DNA of 64,000 bases, taken from assembly GCA_963842525.1 (NCBI GenBank), contig CAWJGT010000009.1, positions 64,001 to 128,000 on the forward strand. Direction: 5' to 3'. Position 1 is the stretch's first letter; every line of letters begins with the position of its first letter. The notes under the pieces were generated by a model, which saw nothing but the letters and a program-made list of their open reading frames with translations, was not told where the DNA came from and ran no database searches. The position numbers and the translations under genes are program-made. Origin of the DNA: an uncultured Holophagales bacterium (GTDB lineage: Bacteria > Acidobacteriota > Thermoanaerobaculia > Multivoradales > UBA5704). This document shows, one piece after another, positions 19,715 through 29,876 of the stretch.

Positions 19715-21553
19715 ATGGCTTACTCACTCGAACGACAACCTCTTCTTCAGCCGCGATCGGCTCCGGCGCAGCGCATGTGGCGCGTGGGCAGCCGGCCTTG
19801 CGCGCAGGGCCTTGAGCCCTGCGATCTTCGGCTTGCCGTCCGTCCGGACAACCTTGAGACATTCGCCTCTCTCAGGGCGATCTTGGACCAGTTGGCAGGG
19901 TTCGCGCGGCCGGAGCAGCGGCGGCAGCTCGACAAGCTGGAAGACTATCTTCGCGAGGCCTGTCCAGGACCTTCCAGCGACCAGGCTGGCAGCCACGGAC
20001 GGCTGCTCACGGATTCCGTAACTTTCGCGATCATGCGCCGGATCAGCCGGGAGAGCTTCTATACGGCCCGCGTGATCGATCTCAGCGCGAGGTTGATGAA
20101 CGAGATCCTCGGCCGGATCCCTGGCTGCACGCGGGTGCATGTCGAGGATGTGGACCGACTCGACCGGCCGACCCTCAAGGCGCTGGCCCGGGCGGTCCTC
20201 TTGGTGGAACAGAAGCATGGCTTCTCCTGGGTATGGCATTCGATGAGCGATCCGCTCGCCTCTCCGGCAGGGAGCGGCGAAGGCCTCTTCCTCGCTTCCC
20301 GGAAGCAGCTCCTCCGGCAGCTTGCCGAAATCCTCTCGCCGACGCTCTGCCGCGAAGCGGAACCGATACCCCTGAGCGTCGGACACGGCTGCAGCCCGGC
20401 TGCCATCGATCAGGTCAGCGCGGCGCTCGTCCTGCAGAACTACGATGCCTGCTTCCTCTGGCTCGAGCCCCTTCTGCAGAGCTGTGGCGGCCCCGAGCTG
20501 GCGGAGGGCCTGCGCCTCCTCTCGCTCGCCACGGTTAACATCGGCCGCATCCGGGAGGCTCTGGAACAGCTCAGCCTTGCCGAGGAGAAGACGGACCGGG
20601 GTGGGCGCCGGGCTCACCTCTGCTACCTCCAAGGCCTGATCGAGGCAAAGAGGGGCTACGACCTCGCCGCCAGCACGAGCCACTACCAGCGGGGCCTTGC
20701 CGCGCTCGGGCAAGGAGGAGCAGGAGAGGACCTCCCCCTGGAGCAAGGGTGGCTGCTCAACGGCCTGGCCCTCAACGAGGCGATCCTGTGGCGCCGGAAT
20801 GCGGCCGCGGTCGACCACTTCCACCGAGCGTTCTCACTCGAACGCGACGCCTTCGGCCTGGTGGCCGAAGGGAAGGACCCTGCGAGGACATACCTTCGCT
20901 TCAACCTCCTGGCCAATACGACCTTCCTCCTGGAGATCCAGGGCAACTATCCGCTCGCGATCGACACCTTCAAAAAGGTGTTCGAGCTCGAGTTGGAGGA
21001 TGCTTCGGAGAAAAGGGAACGCTGGCGCAGCACTGTCGGTTACCGGATCGGCGTCCTTCATTTTCGGGCTGGAGCCCTGGAGGAAGCACACCGGTGCCTG
21101 TGCGATGCCGCAGAGCAGGACTCCTACACGGAGAGCTGGGCGACCCAAGAGCGCATTCTGCGCGCCCGCGGTCTCGTCGAGCTCGATCTGGGTTCTCCCG
21201 AGCAGGCTGCCGGTACGTTCTCTCAGGGGCTGCAGATCTGCCGGGAGGCGCGCTCTGCCGAGGGGGCACGCGAGCACGGGCGTGGGCTGCTGGCCACACT
21301 GCTTGCGAACGGCAAAATGCGAGAGGCGCGGGACCTGGCGGGATGCCTCGCTTCTGAAGAGGGGGTAGACCTCGTCTCGGAGGGGGAGCTCGACCGCGCG
21401 CGAACCGGCGCGGCCCTGCGGCCGCGCCCTCCCTCGCCCAAGCTGCCTGCTTATTTTCCGGAAATCGACCTCGAAGGGATACCGTGCACCGATCTCAACC
21501 GGTTTCTTGGGAAGGCGCAGGATCGGGACCAGGTGGTCCCTTGGCGGGATTAG
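19715..21553 (+). CDS. 612-aa TPR-like protein of unknown function; candidate peptide-modifying enzyme
   Basis: Central helical repeats plus non-TPR blocks (RRISRES, DVDRLDRPT, QNYD, NGLALNE, YLRFNLLAN, PKLPAYFPEIDL). Confidence 0.7.
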   Translation: MAYSLERQPLLQPRSAPAQRMWRVGSRPCAQGLEPCDLRLAVRPDNLETFASLRAILDQLAGFARPEQRRQLDKLEDYLREACPGPSSDQAGSHGRLLTDSVTFAIMRRISRESFYTARVIDLSARLMNEILGRIPGCTRVHVEDVDRLDRPTLKALARAVLLVEQKHGFSWVWHSMSDPLASPAGSGEGLFLASRKQLLRQLAEILSPTLCREAEPIPLSVGHGCSPAAIDQVSAALVLQNYDACFLWLEPLLQSCGGPELAEGLRLLSLATVNIGRIREALEQLSLAEEKTDRGGRRAHLCYLQGLIEAKRGYDLAASTSHYQRGLAALGQGGAGEDLPLEQGWLLNGLALNEAILWRRNAAAVDHFHRAFSLERDAFGLVAEGKDPARTYLRFNLLANTTFLLEIQGNYPLAIDTFKKVFELELEDASEKRERWRSTVGYRIGVLHFRAGALEEAHRCLCDAAEQDSYTESWATQERILRARGLVELDLGSPEQAAGTFSQGLQICREARSAEGAREHGRGLLATLLANGKMREARDLAGCLASEEGVDLVSEGELDRARTGAALRPRPPSPKLPAYFPEIDLEGIPCTDLNRFLGKAQDRDQVVPWRD

Positions 21554-22489
21554 ATGGAGACCGTGCTCTTGCTCGGTGCCGGCCATGTCGGCACTTTTTC
21601 CGCCCGCGCCGTCGCGGAGCAGGGCGCCCGGGTGGTCGCGGCCGACGTGCAGCCGGCCCCTGGATTCTTCTCACGTTTTGGGCCCAGGGAAGCGGCCGAT
21701 CTGATCGCCATTGACATCCTCGATCCGGGCGCGGTGGAACGCCTGATCAGAGCTCGTAGAGTGGATCGCGTCATCCTGGCGGCCGGCCCTACGCGCGAGG
21801 CGAGCGCGCGCGATCCCGAAAGGGTATGGCGGATCCATATCGAAGGCGCCCTCGCCGTCGGACGGGCTGCCCGCGCCACGGGTGTCCGACGCCTCGTTTA
21901 TGTCAGCAGCTTTGCGGTTTACGGCCGGCCGGAAGCCGATCGCATCGACGAGACGATGCCGGCTCGGCCCCGATCTGACTACGGTCGGGCCAAGGTGGCC
22001 GCGGAGGATGTGCTGATCCGGTTTCGTGACCAGGGGTTGGACGTCCGGATCCTACGTCCCTGCGGCCTCTACGGACCTCATCGTCCGGGAGCGGGGAGCC
22101 AGTCGGCCAAGGTGATCGACGATCTGCTCACGCACTCTCTGAGGGGTGAGAGGATGATGATCCAAGAACAGGCATTCGCGGACGAATTCCTCTATGTGAA
22201 AGACCTGGGTCGTGCCATTGCGCTTGCGACGCTCGGCGAGCCCCGTTCTGAGGACTGCGTCTTCAATGTCGGTCCCGGCCAGACGACGAGCGCGGCAGAG
22301 TTGTGCCGGGCCATGCGCCGCGCCGTGCCCGCGGCGCAGCTCGTCCTTCACGAAAGCGGGAACGCAAAACGCTTACCCTGCGCGCCGCTGCGGATCGAAC
22401 GCATCCGCGCCGCTCTCGGCTTCGAGCCGAGCTACAGCCTCTCCCGAGGGCTGTGCGATTACCTCCACGAGACCGGGCTGCGGCCATGA
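21554..22489 (+). CDS. NAD-dependent epimerase/dehydratase (extended SDR)
   Basis: GAGHVG, YVSSFAVYG, YGRAK, LYVKDL, FNVG. Confidence 0.9.
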   Translation: METVLLLGAGHVGTFSARAVAEQGARVVAADVQPAPGFFSRFGPREAADLIAIDILDPGAVERLIRARRVDRVILAAGPTREASARDPERVWRIHIEGALAVGRAARATGVRRLVYVSSFAVYGRPEADRIDETMPARPRSDYGRAKVAAEDVLIRFRDQGLDVRILRPCGLYGPHRPGAGSQSAKVIDDLLTHSLRGERMMIQEQAFADEFLYVKDLGRAIALATLGEPRSEDCVFNVGPGQTTSAAELCRAMRRAVPAAQLVLHESGNAKRLPCAPLRIERIRAALGFEPSYSLSRGLCDYLHETGLRP

Positions 22490-23136
22490 CGGCGCTTTCC
22501 GAGCCGCTCGGCAGGCTCGCCGTGAGCCGGATCGAGGATGTCAGGCCGGCGACCGTGCTGGGCATCTGCGCGAGCCTGAAACCGGCACCGGGACGTCAGG
22601 GGCGGTCCGCGGTGCGCTCGCTCCTTACCTTTGCGCTCGACCACCTGGCCAACGTCTACCCCGAGGTGGCCCTCCTCGACCTGCGGGACCACCCGCCGCC
22701 TTCCTTCGACGGGAGGATGCCCCACGACTACGACGATCCGGTGTTGCAGCTCCTCTGGCCGTGCGTGGACCGGGCAGGAGCGTTGCTGCTCGCCGTCCCC
22801 GCCTACTGGTCGGGGGTCTCCGGAGTCTTCAAGAACTTCGTCGACGTCCTTTGCGGCCCGGCGTATGACCTCGAGTGCCCAAGCGTTACCGTCTTCTCCA
22901 ACAAGCCGGTCGGCCTTCTGGTCGTCGGCGCAGAGGAGGCCAGCACTCGTGCCGGCGCGGACCAGGCCCGGATGACCCTCCTCGCAACGGGAGCCCGGCT
23001 GGTGGGGCAGCCGGTCCTTGTCGCCGATCCACGCTCCCGTCCAATGCAGATCGAGCTCGTCTCCCGCGAGCTCGCAGCGCTCGCCGGAGAGCTCGCCCAG
23101 CACGCCTATGGCCAGGTCGTCCGGGAGGGTCCGTGA
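22486..23136 (+). CDS. NAD(P)H-dependent FMN reductase (flavodoxin-like)
   Basis: GICASL, LLDLRD, PAYWSGVSGVFKNFVD, NKPVGL; ATGA overlap with upstream gene. Confidence 0.85.
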   Translation: MTALSEPLGRLAVSRIEDVRPATVLGICASLKPAPGRQGRSAVRSLLTFALDHLANVYPEVALLDLRDHPPPSFDGRMPHDYDDPVLQLLWPCVDRAGALLLAVPAYWSGVSGVFKNFVDVLCGPAYDLECPSVTVFSNKPVGLLVVGAEEASTRAGADQARMTLLATGARLVGQPVLVADPRSRPMQIELVSRELAALAGELAQHAYGQVVREGP

Positions 23137-24252
23137 GTCACATTCCCGGCCGGGCGACTGCGGAGGGCACGAGGCGCTTCACCCGCCGGTTTTCTCGGGT
23201 GGCCCCGGAGTTCTTCCGCCTCACCGGGGACCTGACCGTTTCATCGGTGGGGCTGGGTACGTTTCCGGGACGGGCCGACGAAAGTACCGACGCAGGATAT
23301 GCGGCTGCGATCGAGCGGGCGCTGGAGTTGGGATGCAATGTGATCGACACCTCTGTGGCCTATCGCCACCAGCGCAGCGAACGTGTGATCGGGAAGACGC
23401 TGGCACGGCTCATCGGCTGCGGGAAACAGGACCGCGATTCAATGGTGGTCGCTTCGAAGGCCGGTTTCATCCCCTTCGACAGCGAATATCCTGGAAGCCC
23501 CGGGCAGTACTTCGAGGAGACTTTCATACGCACCGGCATCGTCGACCCGGCGGAAGTGGTCGGCCGAGGGCACTGCCTGGCTCCTGGATTCCTGCGGCAT
23601 CAGATCGCGACGAGCCGGCGGAACCTGTGCTGCGCAACGGTCGACATCTACTTTCTCCATAATCCAGAAACACAGCTCCGCGAAGTGGACAGGCTGGGAT
23701 TCCGAACCCGGCTCCTGACCGCTTTCGAAACCCTGGAGCGCGCAGTCGCCGACGGGAGCATCGGCATGTACGGGGTGTCGACCTGGAGCGGCTTTCGTTC
23801 TCTTCCGGAGTCTGGAGACTATCTGCCCCTGTGTGACCTCGTCCGCTGGGCGGCCGAGGTCGGCGGCCCGGATCACCATTTCCGGGTGATCATGGTGCCT
23901 TTCAATCTGGCCATGCCAGAGGCGTTCGCCCTTTCGAACCAGCGGCCCTCCAGGGAGCTCCCCCTGGACCTCCCTGCTTCGGGCGGCGGCCGATCTCGGG
24001 ATCACCGTGCTGGCTGGCGCCTCGCTGCACCAAGCCCGCCTCACTTGCGGCCTGCCCGCGGAGGTCCATGCCACGGTCGGAGGGGAGCTGCCCAGCAACG
24101 CGCAACGGGCCCTGCAATTCGTACGCTCGGCGCCGGGGCTCACGACTGCTCTCGTCGGAATGAGCCGCACCGAGCACGTCGAGGAGAACCTGGCTCTCGC
24201 TGCGGTCCCTCCGCTGTCCGACGGCTGCTTCGACGAGCTCTTCGATCCCTGA
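23133..24252 (+). CDS. Aldo/keto reductase with a frameshift near 23960
   Basis: SSVGLGT, NVIDTSVAYRHQRSE, DIYFLHNPE; C-terminus (ALQFVRSAPG..ALVGMS..HVEEN) in the next frame. Confidence 0.85.
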
Positions 24253-24277
24253 GGATTTCGATTCCGGAGGTGCTGAC

Positions 24278-25369
24278 ATGACAGAGACGACGACCCAAGC
24301 GCAACCGCGGACCTTCCCGGGTGGGGTGGATCCGTCCGTCCTGCTGAAAGGAGGAGAGGCTCAGGCGTTGCTGGCGAGACACTCCGAAGCGGCGCACAGT
24401 TTCCGGCAGGCCATCGCCAGCGCGGAGGAGGCTCTGCGGGCGGACCCGGAGGACACGGCCGCGCGATGGGCGCAGGCCCGGGCGCTGCTCTGCCTCGGCC
24501 GGCTGCAGAGCGCTCTGACCCAGCGCGACGAAGCGAGGTCCACGTTCAGGCAGGCGATCGGCGTGCATGAAGAGGTTCTTCGCCGGATCCCCGGCGAGAC
24601 CGTTTCGCGCCACGAGCAGATCTTCATGCTGCTCAGCCTGGGCCGGCTCCATGCCGGGATCGGAGAGCCTGAAACGGCAGCCGCTTACTACCAGCGGGCC
24701 GGCGTTCTAGGATGCGACGCGCTGCGGGCAAGCCCTGATGACGAAGGAGCCCGCGGTCACATGGCGAGCACGTTCGCAAGCCTCGGTCGACTGCAGGCGA
24801 AGCTCTCCCAGCCCGGGCAAGCGTCGCAGAGCTATCGCGCGGCCCTCCTTCACTTCGACGAGCTTTTGCGGCGCGCGCCCGAGAATCCGAAAGTGCACTC
24901 CGGACGGGCGAGCACGTGGTTGAGCCTGGGCCGCCTGCAGGCCTCTCTGGCCGAGAAGGACGAGGCGGTCGAGTCCTTTCAGGCCGCTGTCTCCGCATAT
25001 GACGAGGTTTTGCGGCGCGCTCCCGGAGACGTGTCGGCCCTGGTCAACCGGGGGAACGCCCTCGCCCGGCTGGCGGAGATGCAGGCCGAGCTTTCGCGGC
25101 CTGATCAGGCGGAGGAGAGCTGCAAGCGGTCGATCTCCTCATCCGACCTCGCCCTGCAACGAGCACCGGCTTCCGCGGACGCCCACAGCAACAAGGGCAG
25201 TGCGCTGTTAAGCCTCGGCCGTCTGCAGAGCGGCTGGGGAGACAGCGAGGCGGCCGTCAGCACTTTCCGAATGGCTCTCGAGGAATTCGAGCGGTCCCTC
25301 GAGATCGCTCCCGACAATGACGAGGTCCGCAGCCTCCAGGAACGCCTCCGGGCCATCCTGGAGTGGTGA
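24278..25369 (+). CDS. Tetratricopeptide repeat protein
   Basis: Multiple SLGRLQ...A...F..A....DE.LRRAP repeats; GGAGG RBS. Confidence 0.85.
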   Translation: MTETTTQAQPRTFPGGVDPSVLLKGGEAQALLARHSEAAHSFRQAIASAEEALRADPEDTAARWAQARALLCLGRLQSALTQRDEARSTFRQAIGVHEEVLRRIPGETVSRHEQIFMLLSLGRLHAGIGEPETAAAYYQRAGVLGCDALRASPDDEGARGHMASTFASLGRLQAKLSQPGQASQSYRAALLHFDELLRRAPENPKVHSGRASTWLSLGRLQASLAEKDEAVESFQAAVSAYDEVLRRAPGDVSALVNRGNALARLAEMQAELSRPDQAEESCKRSISSSDLALQRAPASADAHSNKGSALLSLGRLQSGWGDSEAAVSTFRMALEEFERSLEIAPDNDEVRSLQERLRAILEW

Positions 25370-25395
25370 GCTGAGCCCGCCACGCCGGAGGTGCC

Positions 25396-26055
25396 GTGAA
25401 CAAGACCGACTTCGTGCGGCAAGAGGGCTACCTGTCTCCCGCCGTGCAGCAGCTTCTCTTTTCTCTACCCAGGCGCTGCGAGTTCCTGGTCACCCATGCG
25501 GGCCCGCCTGCGAAGCGCATTCTCGACGTGGGCTGCGCCGGCGGGCATATCGCACTCCTGCTGATGAGACTGGGCCACGATGTAACGGGGATCGAGCTGA
25601 ACGCCGAGATGGCCGCGGAGGCCCGCGCCCGCGGCGTCCAGGTCCTGGAACACGACCTGGAGGAGCCGCTGCCGTTGCCGGACGCGTCCATCGAGGTGGT
25701 CCACGCCTGCGAAATTATCGAGCACCTGTTCGACACGGAAGGATTCCTGAAGGAGTTGCATCGCGTTCTGGCGCCCGATGGTGTCCTGATCCTCAGCACA
25801 CCGAACCTCAACAGCCTGAGGAACCGATTCCGCGTCCTGTTCGGGCTGCACCTGCCCATGTGGGGTGCCTTCCCGGAGGACCGGCACGGCTGTCATGTGC
25901 GGGTGCTCAACCGCACCAAGGTCGCCCATCTGCTCGCGCGGACGGGTTTCCGCCTCGAGCTCGTCCTGGGCATGAACCAGTCGCGGTGGCGCTATCTGCT
26001 GGATCACTTTCCGACCTGGAGCGAGATGCTTCTGATCAAGGCACGGAGGGCCTGA
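25396..26055 (+). CDS. Class I SAM-dependent methyltransferase
   Basis: ILDVGCAGG, EIIEHL, GVLILSTPN. Confidence 0.9.
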   Translation: MNKTDFVRQEGYLSPAVQQLLFSLPRRCEFLVTHAGPPAKRILDVGCAGGHIALLLMRLGHDVTGIELNAEMAAEARARGVQVLEHDLEEPLPLPDASIEVVHACEIIEHLFDTEGFLKELHRVLAPDGVLILSTPNLNSLRNRFRVLFGLHLPMWGAFPEDRHGCHVRVLNRTKVAHLLARTGFRLELVLGMNQSRWRYLLDHFPTWSEMLLIKARRA

Positions 26056-26060
26056 TCGCG

Positions 26061-26777
26061 ATGACCGCCCCGAGGATCGGCTCACCTGCATGGGAAGAGC
26101 CACCAACCTACGAGGACATCGTCGATGTAGTCATCGGATTCCTCCGGCAGAAGAAAGCGCTGCCCGGCCAGGGGCCACAGACTCCCTGGGACGCCTTCCT
26201 GCGGCTCTCCGACCGGGTCCATGAGACCTACGAGGTCCCTGCGACGACGCTCACCCCCGTGATGCGGCGCCTCCTCTTCGCCTTGGGCTTCGCCGCCCGC
26301 CCGCGATGCCTCGCCGGAATCGGCGTCTACGTTGGATACGCTTGGTCCTGGCTGCTCCGGGACCGCACCGATCTTGCAGCGTCCCCCTTCTTCGAGAGTG
26401 CCGTGGGGGTTGACCTGGATGCCGATGCGGTCTGTTTGGCGGCGCGGAACTGTGCCGTGCTCGGGCATGGCGATCGTCTGCGTTTCCTGAAATCCGACGG
26501 AGTCCGTGCGCTCCGCCACTGGGACGGGGAGGTCGACCTCCTCTATCTGGACATCGACGACGAGCAGAAAGGCAAATCCGGCTATCGTGACGTCGTCTCT
26601 GCTGCTTTACCGTTCATGCGCTCCGGTGCGCTCGTCCTGGCTCATGACCCTTGTGTTCCGCGCTTTCAGGAGGATTTCAAAATCTATCATGATTTCGTAC
26701 GGACCTCGGGGCGCTTCGAGGGCCTGTGGGTGCTTCCGGTCGACCCGTGCGGCCTGTCCGTCGCTCTGGCGCGCTGA
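26061..26777 (+). CDS. Class I SAM-dependent methyltransferase-like protein (O-methyltransferase type)
   Basis: GIGVYVGY, GVDLD, DLLYLD, GALVLAHD; start MTAPRIG chosen. Confidence 0.7.
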   Translation: MTAPRIGSPAWEEPPTYEDIVDVVIGFLRQKKALPGQGPQTPWDAFLRLSDRVHETYEVPATTLTPVMRRLLFALGFAARPRCLAGIGVYVGYAWSWLLRDRTDLAASPFFESAVGVDLDADAVCLAARNCAVLGHGDRLRFLKSDGVRALRHWDGEVDLLYLDIDDEQKGKSGYRDVVSAALPFMRSGALVLAHDPCVPRFQEDFKIYHDFVRTSGRFEGLWVLPVDPCGLSVALAR

Positions 26778-26780
26778 GGC

Positions 26781-27825
26781 ATGGAACCTATCGCCGATCT
26801 GGGCCTGGGTCACCTCCGGATCCGCGGGCCGGAGGACATGGAAAGGCCGGCGATCAGCGCGGGCTATGGTCCGGCTGAGGGCCTCCGGGAAGCTCCGCGA
26901 GGCGATCGCGGCATGGGAAGGGGTCTCGGTCGAGGAGGTCTGCGTCACAACGGGAGCCTCCCTCGGTCTCGTGGCAGCCTTGACCGGACTGCCTCGTCCC
27001 TGCTCCGTTCTGTGCCCCCGTCCCTATTATCCTGCGTATCCTTCACTGGCCGAGTTGCTCGGTCTGAAAACCCTGTTCTATGACCTGGAGCCGGAGCTCG
27101 GATGGCAGCCCGATCCGCTGGCCCTCGCGCGCCTTCTGCGTGAAGACTCGCGGGCCCTGCTGTGGAATTTCCCGAGCAATCCAACCGGAACGATCCCGGA
27201 CCCCGCAGTTCTCGCCAAGGTGCGGGAGCTCGTGCAAGAGGCCAACCTGCTGGTGCTCAGCGACGAGGTCTATGCTGATTTCATCTATGACGGCCATGCC
27301 TTTCCGGACATGCGGGCAGCCCTCGGGCACTCTCACGCGATCCGGCTGCGGAGCTTTTCCAAGCTCTTCAGGATGGCGGGGGAGCGTTTGGGTTACGTGA
27401 TCGGCGATCCTGATCGCTTGCGCGGTATCCGCCGCAATCACTGGCTGCTGGCGATGTCGCCGCCCGCAGCGGCACAGGCCCTGGCCCTCGCGGGAATGCG
27501 CCTCGATCTGTCCCGGCAGACCGGGGAGCTGCGCAGAGAGCTCTCCGTTTTGCGCGATCTGGCAGCACGCATTCTGGATGGCTGTGGCAGAGTCCGCTTT
27601 TCCAGGCCGCCGGCCGGCATCTTCTACTGGATCGAGGTCCTGGGTTGCCCGATCGATTCTCGGGCCCTCGTCCGGCTCTGCGCGGAGGAGGCCGGGGTGC
27701 TCGTCCAACCGGGAGCGGTTTTCGGCATCGGAGAGCCTGTCTACCTGCGGGCGTCGTTCGCCGTGGAGCGGGACGAGATGGGCCGCGGTTTCGAGTCACT
27801 GGTGAATCTGTTGGAGCGCCTGTGA
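26781..27825 (+). CDS. PLP-dependent class I/II aminotransferase family enzyme with a frameshift near 26890
   Basis: GYGPAEGLRE / LREAIA, NFPSNPTG, SDEVY, SFSKLFRMAGERLGY, YLRASF. Confidence 0.88.
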
Positions 27826-27875
27826 GCCGGCGTGCGCGGCCACCATAGAGGATCTGACATATAGGAGGCCGAGAG

Positions 27876-28451
27876 ATGCGTGGACCTGTGCAGATTCTAT
27901 TGATCAGTGGCAGCCTCCGACAGATATCGTACACTCGCGTGCTCGCAAACGAGGCCCAGACGGCTCTGGACCGGCGGGGTGTGAGGACGATCCACTGGAG
28001 CTTGAGCGAGACGGCGCTTCCGATTGCCGATCCGGCCTTCCACGACGATCCGGCGAGTCACCCCGACAGAGCCGTCCGCAGCCTCGTGACCGCCGCGGAC
28101 GAAAGCGATGCGTTCATCCTCGCCTCTCCGATCTACCACAACTCATACTCAGGCGTGCTCAAGAACGCACTGGATCACCTTGCTATTGCACAATTCCGCT
28201 ACAAGCCTGTGGGATTGATGAGCCATGGCGGAAACCGTAGCCCTCAGGCGGTAGATCACCTGCGGATCGTGGTCCGTGGGCTCCTGGGGGTCGCGACTCC
28301 GACACAGGTCTGTACAGCGGCTTCCGACTTTCAGATGGCCTCCGAAGGGTATGCGCTCCAATCCGAAGACATCTTGCAGAGAATCGAACGCTTCGCCCTG
28401 GAGCTGGTCGTCTTCGCAGAGGCCTTCCGCGACCTCCGCAGAGCCGGCTGA
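27876..28451 (+). CDS. NADPH-dependent FMN reductase (second copy)
   Basis: ISGSLRQISYT, SPIYHNSYSGVLKNALD, YKPVGL. Confidence 0.9.
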   Translation: MRGPVQILLISGSLRQISYTRVLANEAQTALDRRGVRTIHWSLSETALPIADPAFHDDPASHPDRAVRSLVTAADESDAFILASPIYHNSYSGVLKNALDHLAIAQFRYKPVGLMSHGGNRSPQAVDHLRIVVRGLLGVATPTQVCTAASDFQMASEGYALQSEDILQRIERFALELVVFAEAFRDLRRAG

Positions 28452-28715
28452 GAAGGAGGCGGCTCCCGGGCGAGGGAACTCGCAGACGAGACCGGGAACC
28501 CCTCCCCTGCGGCTCCGCTCGGGGCCTGTGCAATTTCAGTGCCTTTAAGTGAAGAAACGACGAAGCAGGTGCGCACGGACCCGGGCCGGAGCGCGCGCAG
28601 GGGCACCGAAATGGAACCGCCGGCTCCGTCACCAGGAGATCGAGGAGCGTCCGGCCGATCTGTGCTGTAATAGAGGCCGACCGAATCAACCGACCCGAAC
28701 CGGAGGGACACGCGA

Positions 28716-29606
28716 ATGGGCAAGAGGATCTTCCTCTTTCTGTTGACCAACCTGGCTGTCGTGGTGGTGCTCTCGACGATCCTGAGCCTGCTCGGGGTGG
28801 GGAGCTACATCGGTGCCGACGGCAGCCTCCAGCTCGTGCCGCTGGCGATTTTCTGTTTCGTCTGGGGCATGGGCGGCGCCTTCATCTCCCTGCAGTTGTC
28901 GCGCTGGATCGCCAAGCGGGCCATGGGCATTCAGCTCGTGAACGGCCAGATGGGGCATGCCGAGCTCGACTGGCTCCACACCACGGTGGCGAACCTGGCG
29001 CGGCAGGCGAACCTGCCGATGCCGGAGGTCGGCTATTACGAGTCGGCGGAGGTCAACGCCTTCGCGACCGGTCCCAGCAAGAAGCGCAGCCTGGTGGCGG
29101 TGTCGACCGGGCTGCTGGGGAACATGACCCACCCGGAGGTCGAAGCGGTGCTGGCGCATGAGGTCGGCCACATCGCCAACGGCGACATGGTCACGATGAC
29201 GCTCCTCCAGGGGGTCATCAACGCCTTCGTCCTCTTCTTCGCGCGGGTCGCGGCCTTCGCGGTGCGTCTGGCCGTCCCCGAGAAGCTCGCCTGGATCGCC
29301 GGCTTCGTCACCATGATCGTGCTGCAGATCGTGCTGGGCATCCTCGGCTCGCTGGTGACCGCCTGGTACTCGCGCCAGCGGGAGTTCCGGGCCGACGTCG
29401 CGGGCGCCACCCTGGGCAGCCGGGACGGCATGATCTCGGCCCTGCGCCGGCTGATGACCACGACCGAGCGGATCGACACCTCGAACGCCGCCCTGGCCAC
29501 GATGAAGATCGCAGGCAAGAAGAGCTGGCTCCACGCCTTCTCCACCCACCCGCCGCTCGAAGAGCGCATCGCCGCCCTCGAAACCGGCCGGTACCAGGCT
29601 CGCTGA
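28716..29606 (+). CDS. htpX: Zinc metalloprotease HtpX (M48)
   Basis: NAFATG, LAHEVGHIANGDMVTMTL, SRQREFRAD, FSTHPPLEERI. Confidence 0.95.
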   Translation: MGKRIFLFLLTNLAVVVVLSTILSLLGVGSYIGADGSLQLVPLAIFCFVWGMGGAFISLQLSRWIAKRAMGIQLVNGQMGHAELDWLHTTVANLARQANLPMPEVGYYESAEVNAFATGPSKKRSLVAVSTGLLGNMTHPEVEAVLAHEVGHIANGDMVTMTLLQGVINAFVLFFARVAAFAVRLAVPEKLAWIAGFVTMIVLQIVLGILGSLVTAWYSRQREFRADVAGATLGSRDGMISALRRLMTTTERIDTSNAALATMKIAGKKSWLHAFSTHPPLEERIAALETGRYQAR

Positions 29607-29876
29607 TCCACTTCCATCTGGCTCCTTCCCTCCCTCCTCCCGGTGCCGGGGGGAGGGGGCGTCTCGGCTCACGCCGTCTGCCAATCGGGTACGAACCAGA
29701 CGGGGCCGGGGGGCCCGCGCATCGCGTCTACCGTCCTGCAGAAGTGAGTAAGCCCCTCCGTCTCGAGGAGGAGGCCGATGCGGAGGTGGAGGATGCGACC
29801 CGCTGGTACGAGCAAAGACGGCCAGGCCTCGGGCGCGGCTGAGCCGGATCGGATAGCTGCGGCGCCCACCAGTCCC

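Noticed and set aside
28716-29606. HtpX as the dedicated peptidase of the Ala-Trp peptide cluster
   Set aside because: Looks like a canonical housekeeping HtpX, separated by about 260 bp and probably with its own promoter; a role cannot be excluded but is unsupported
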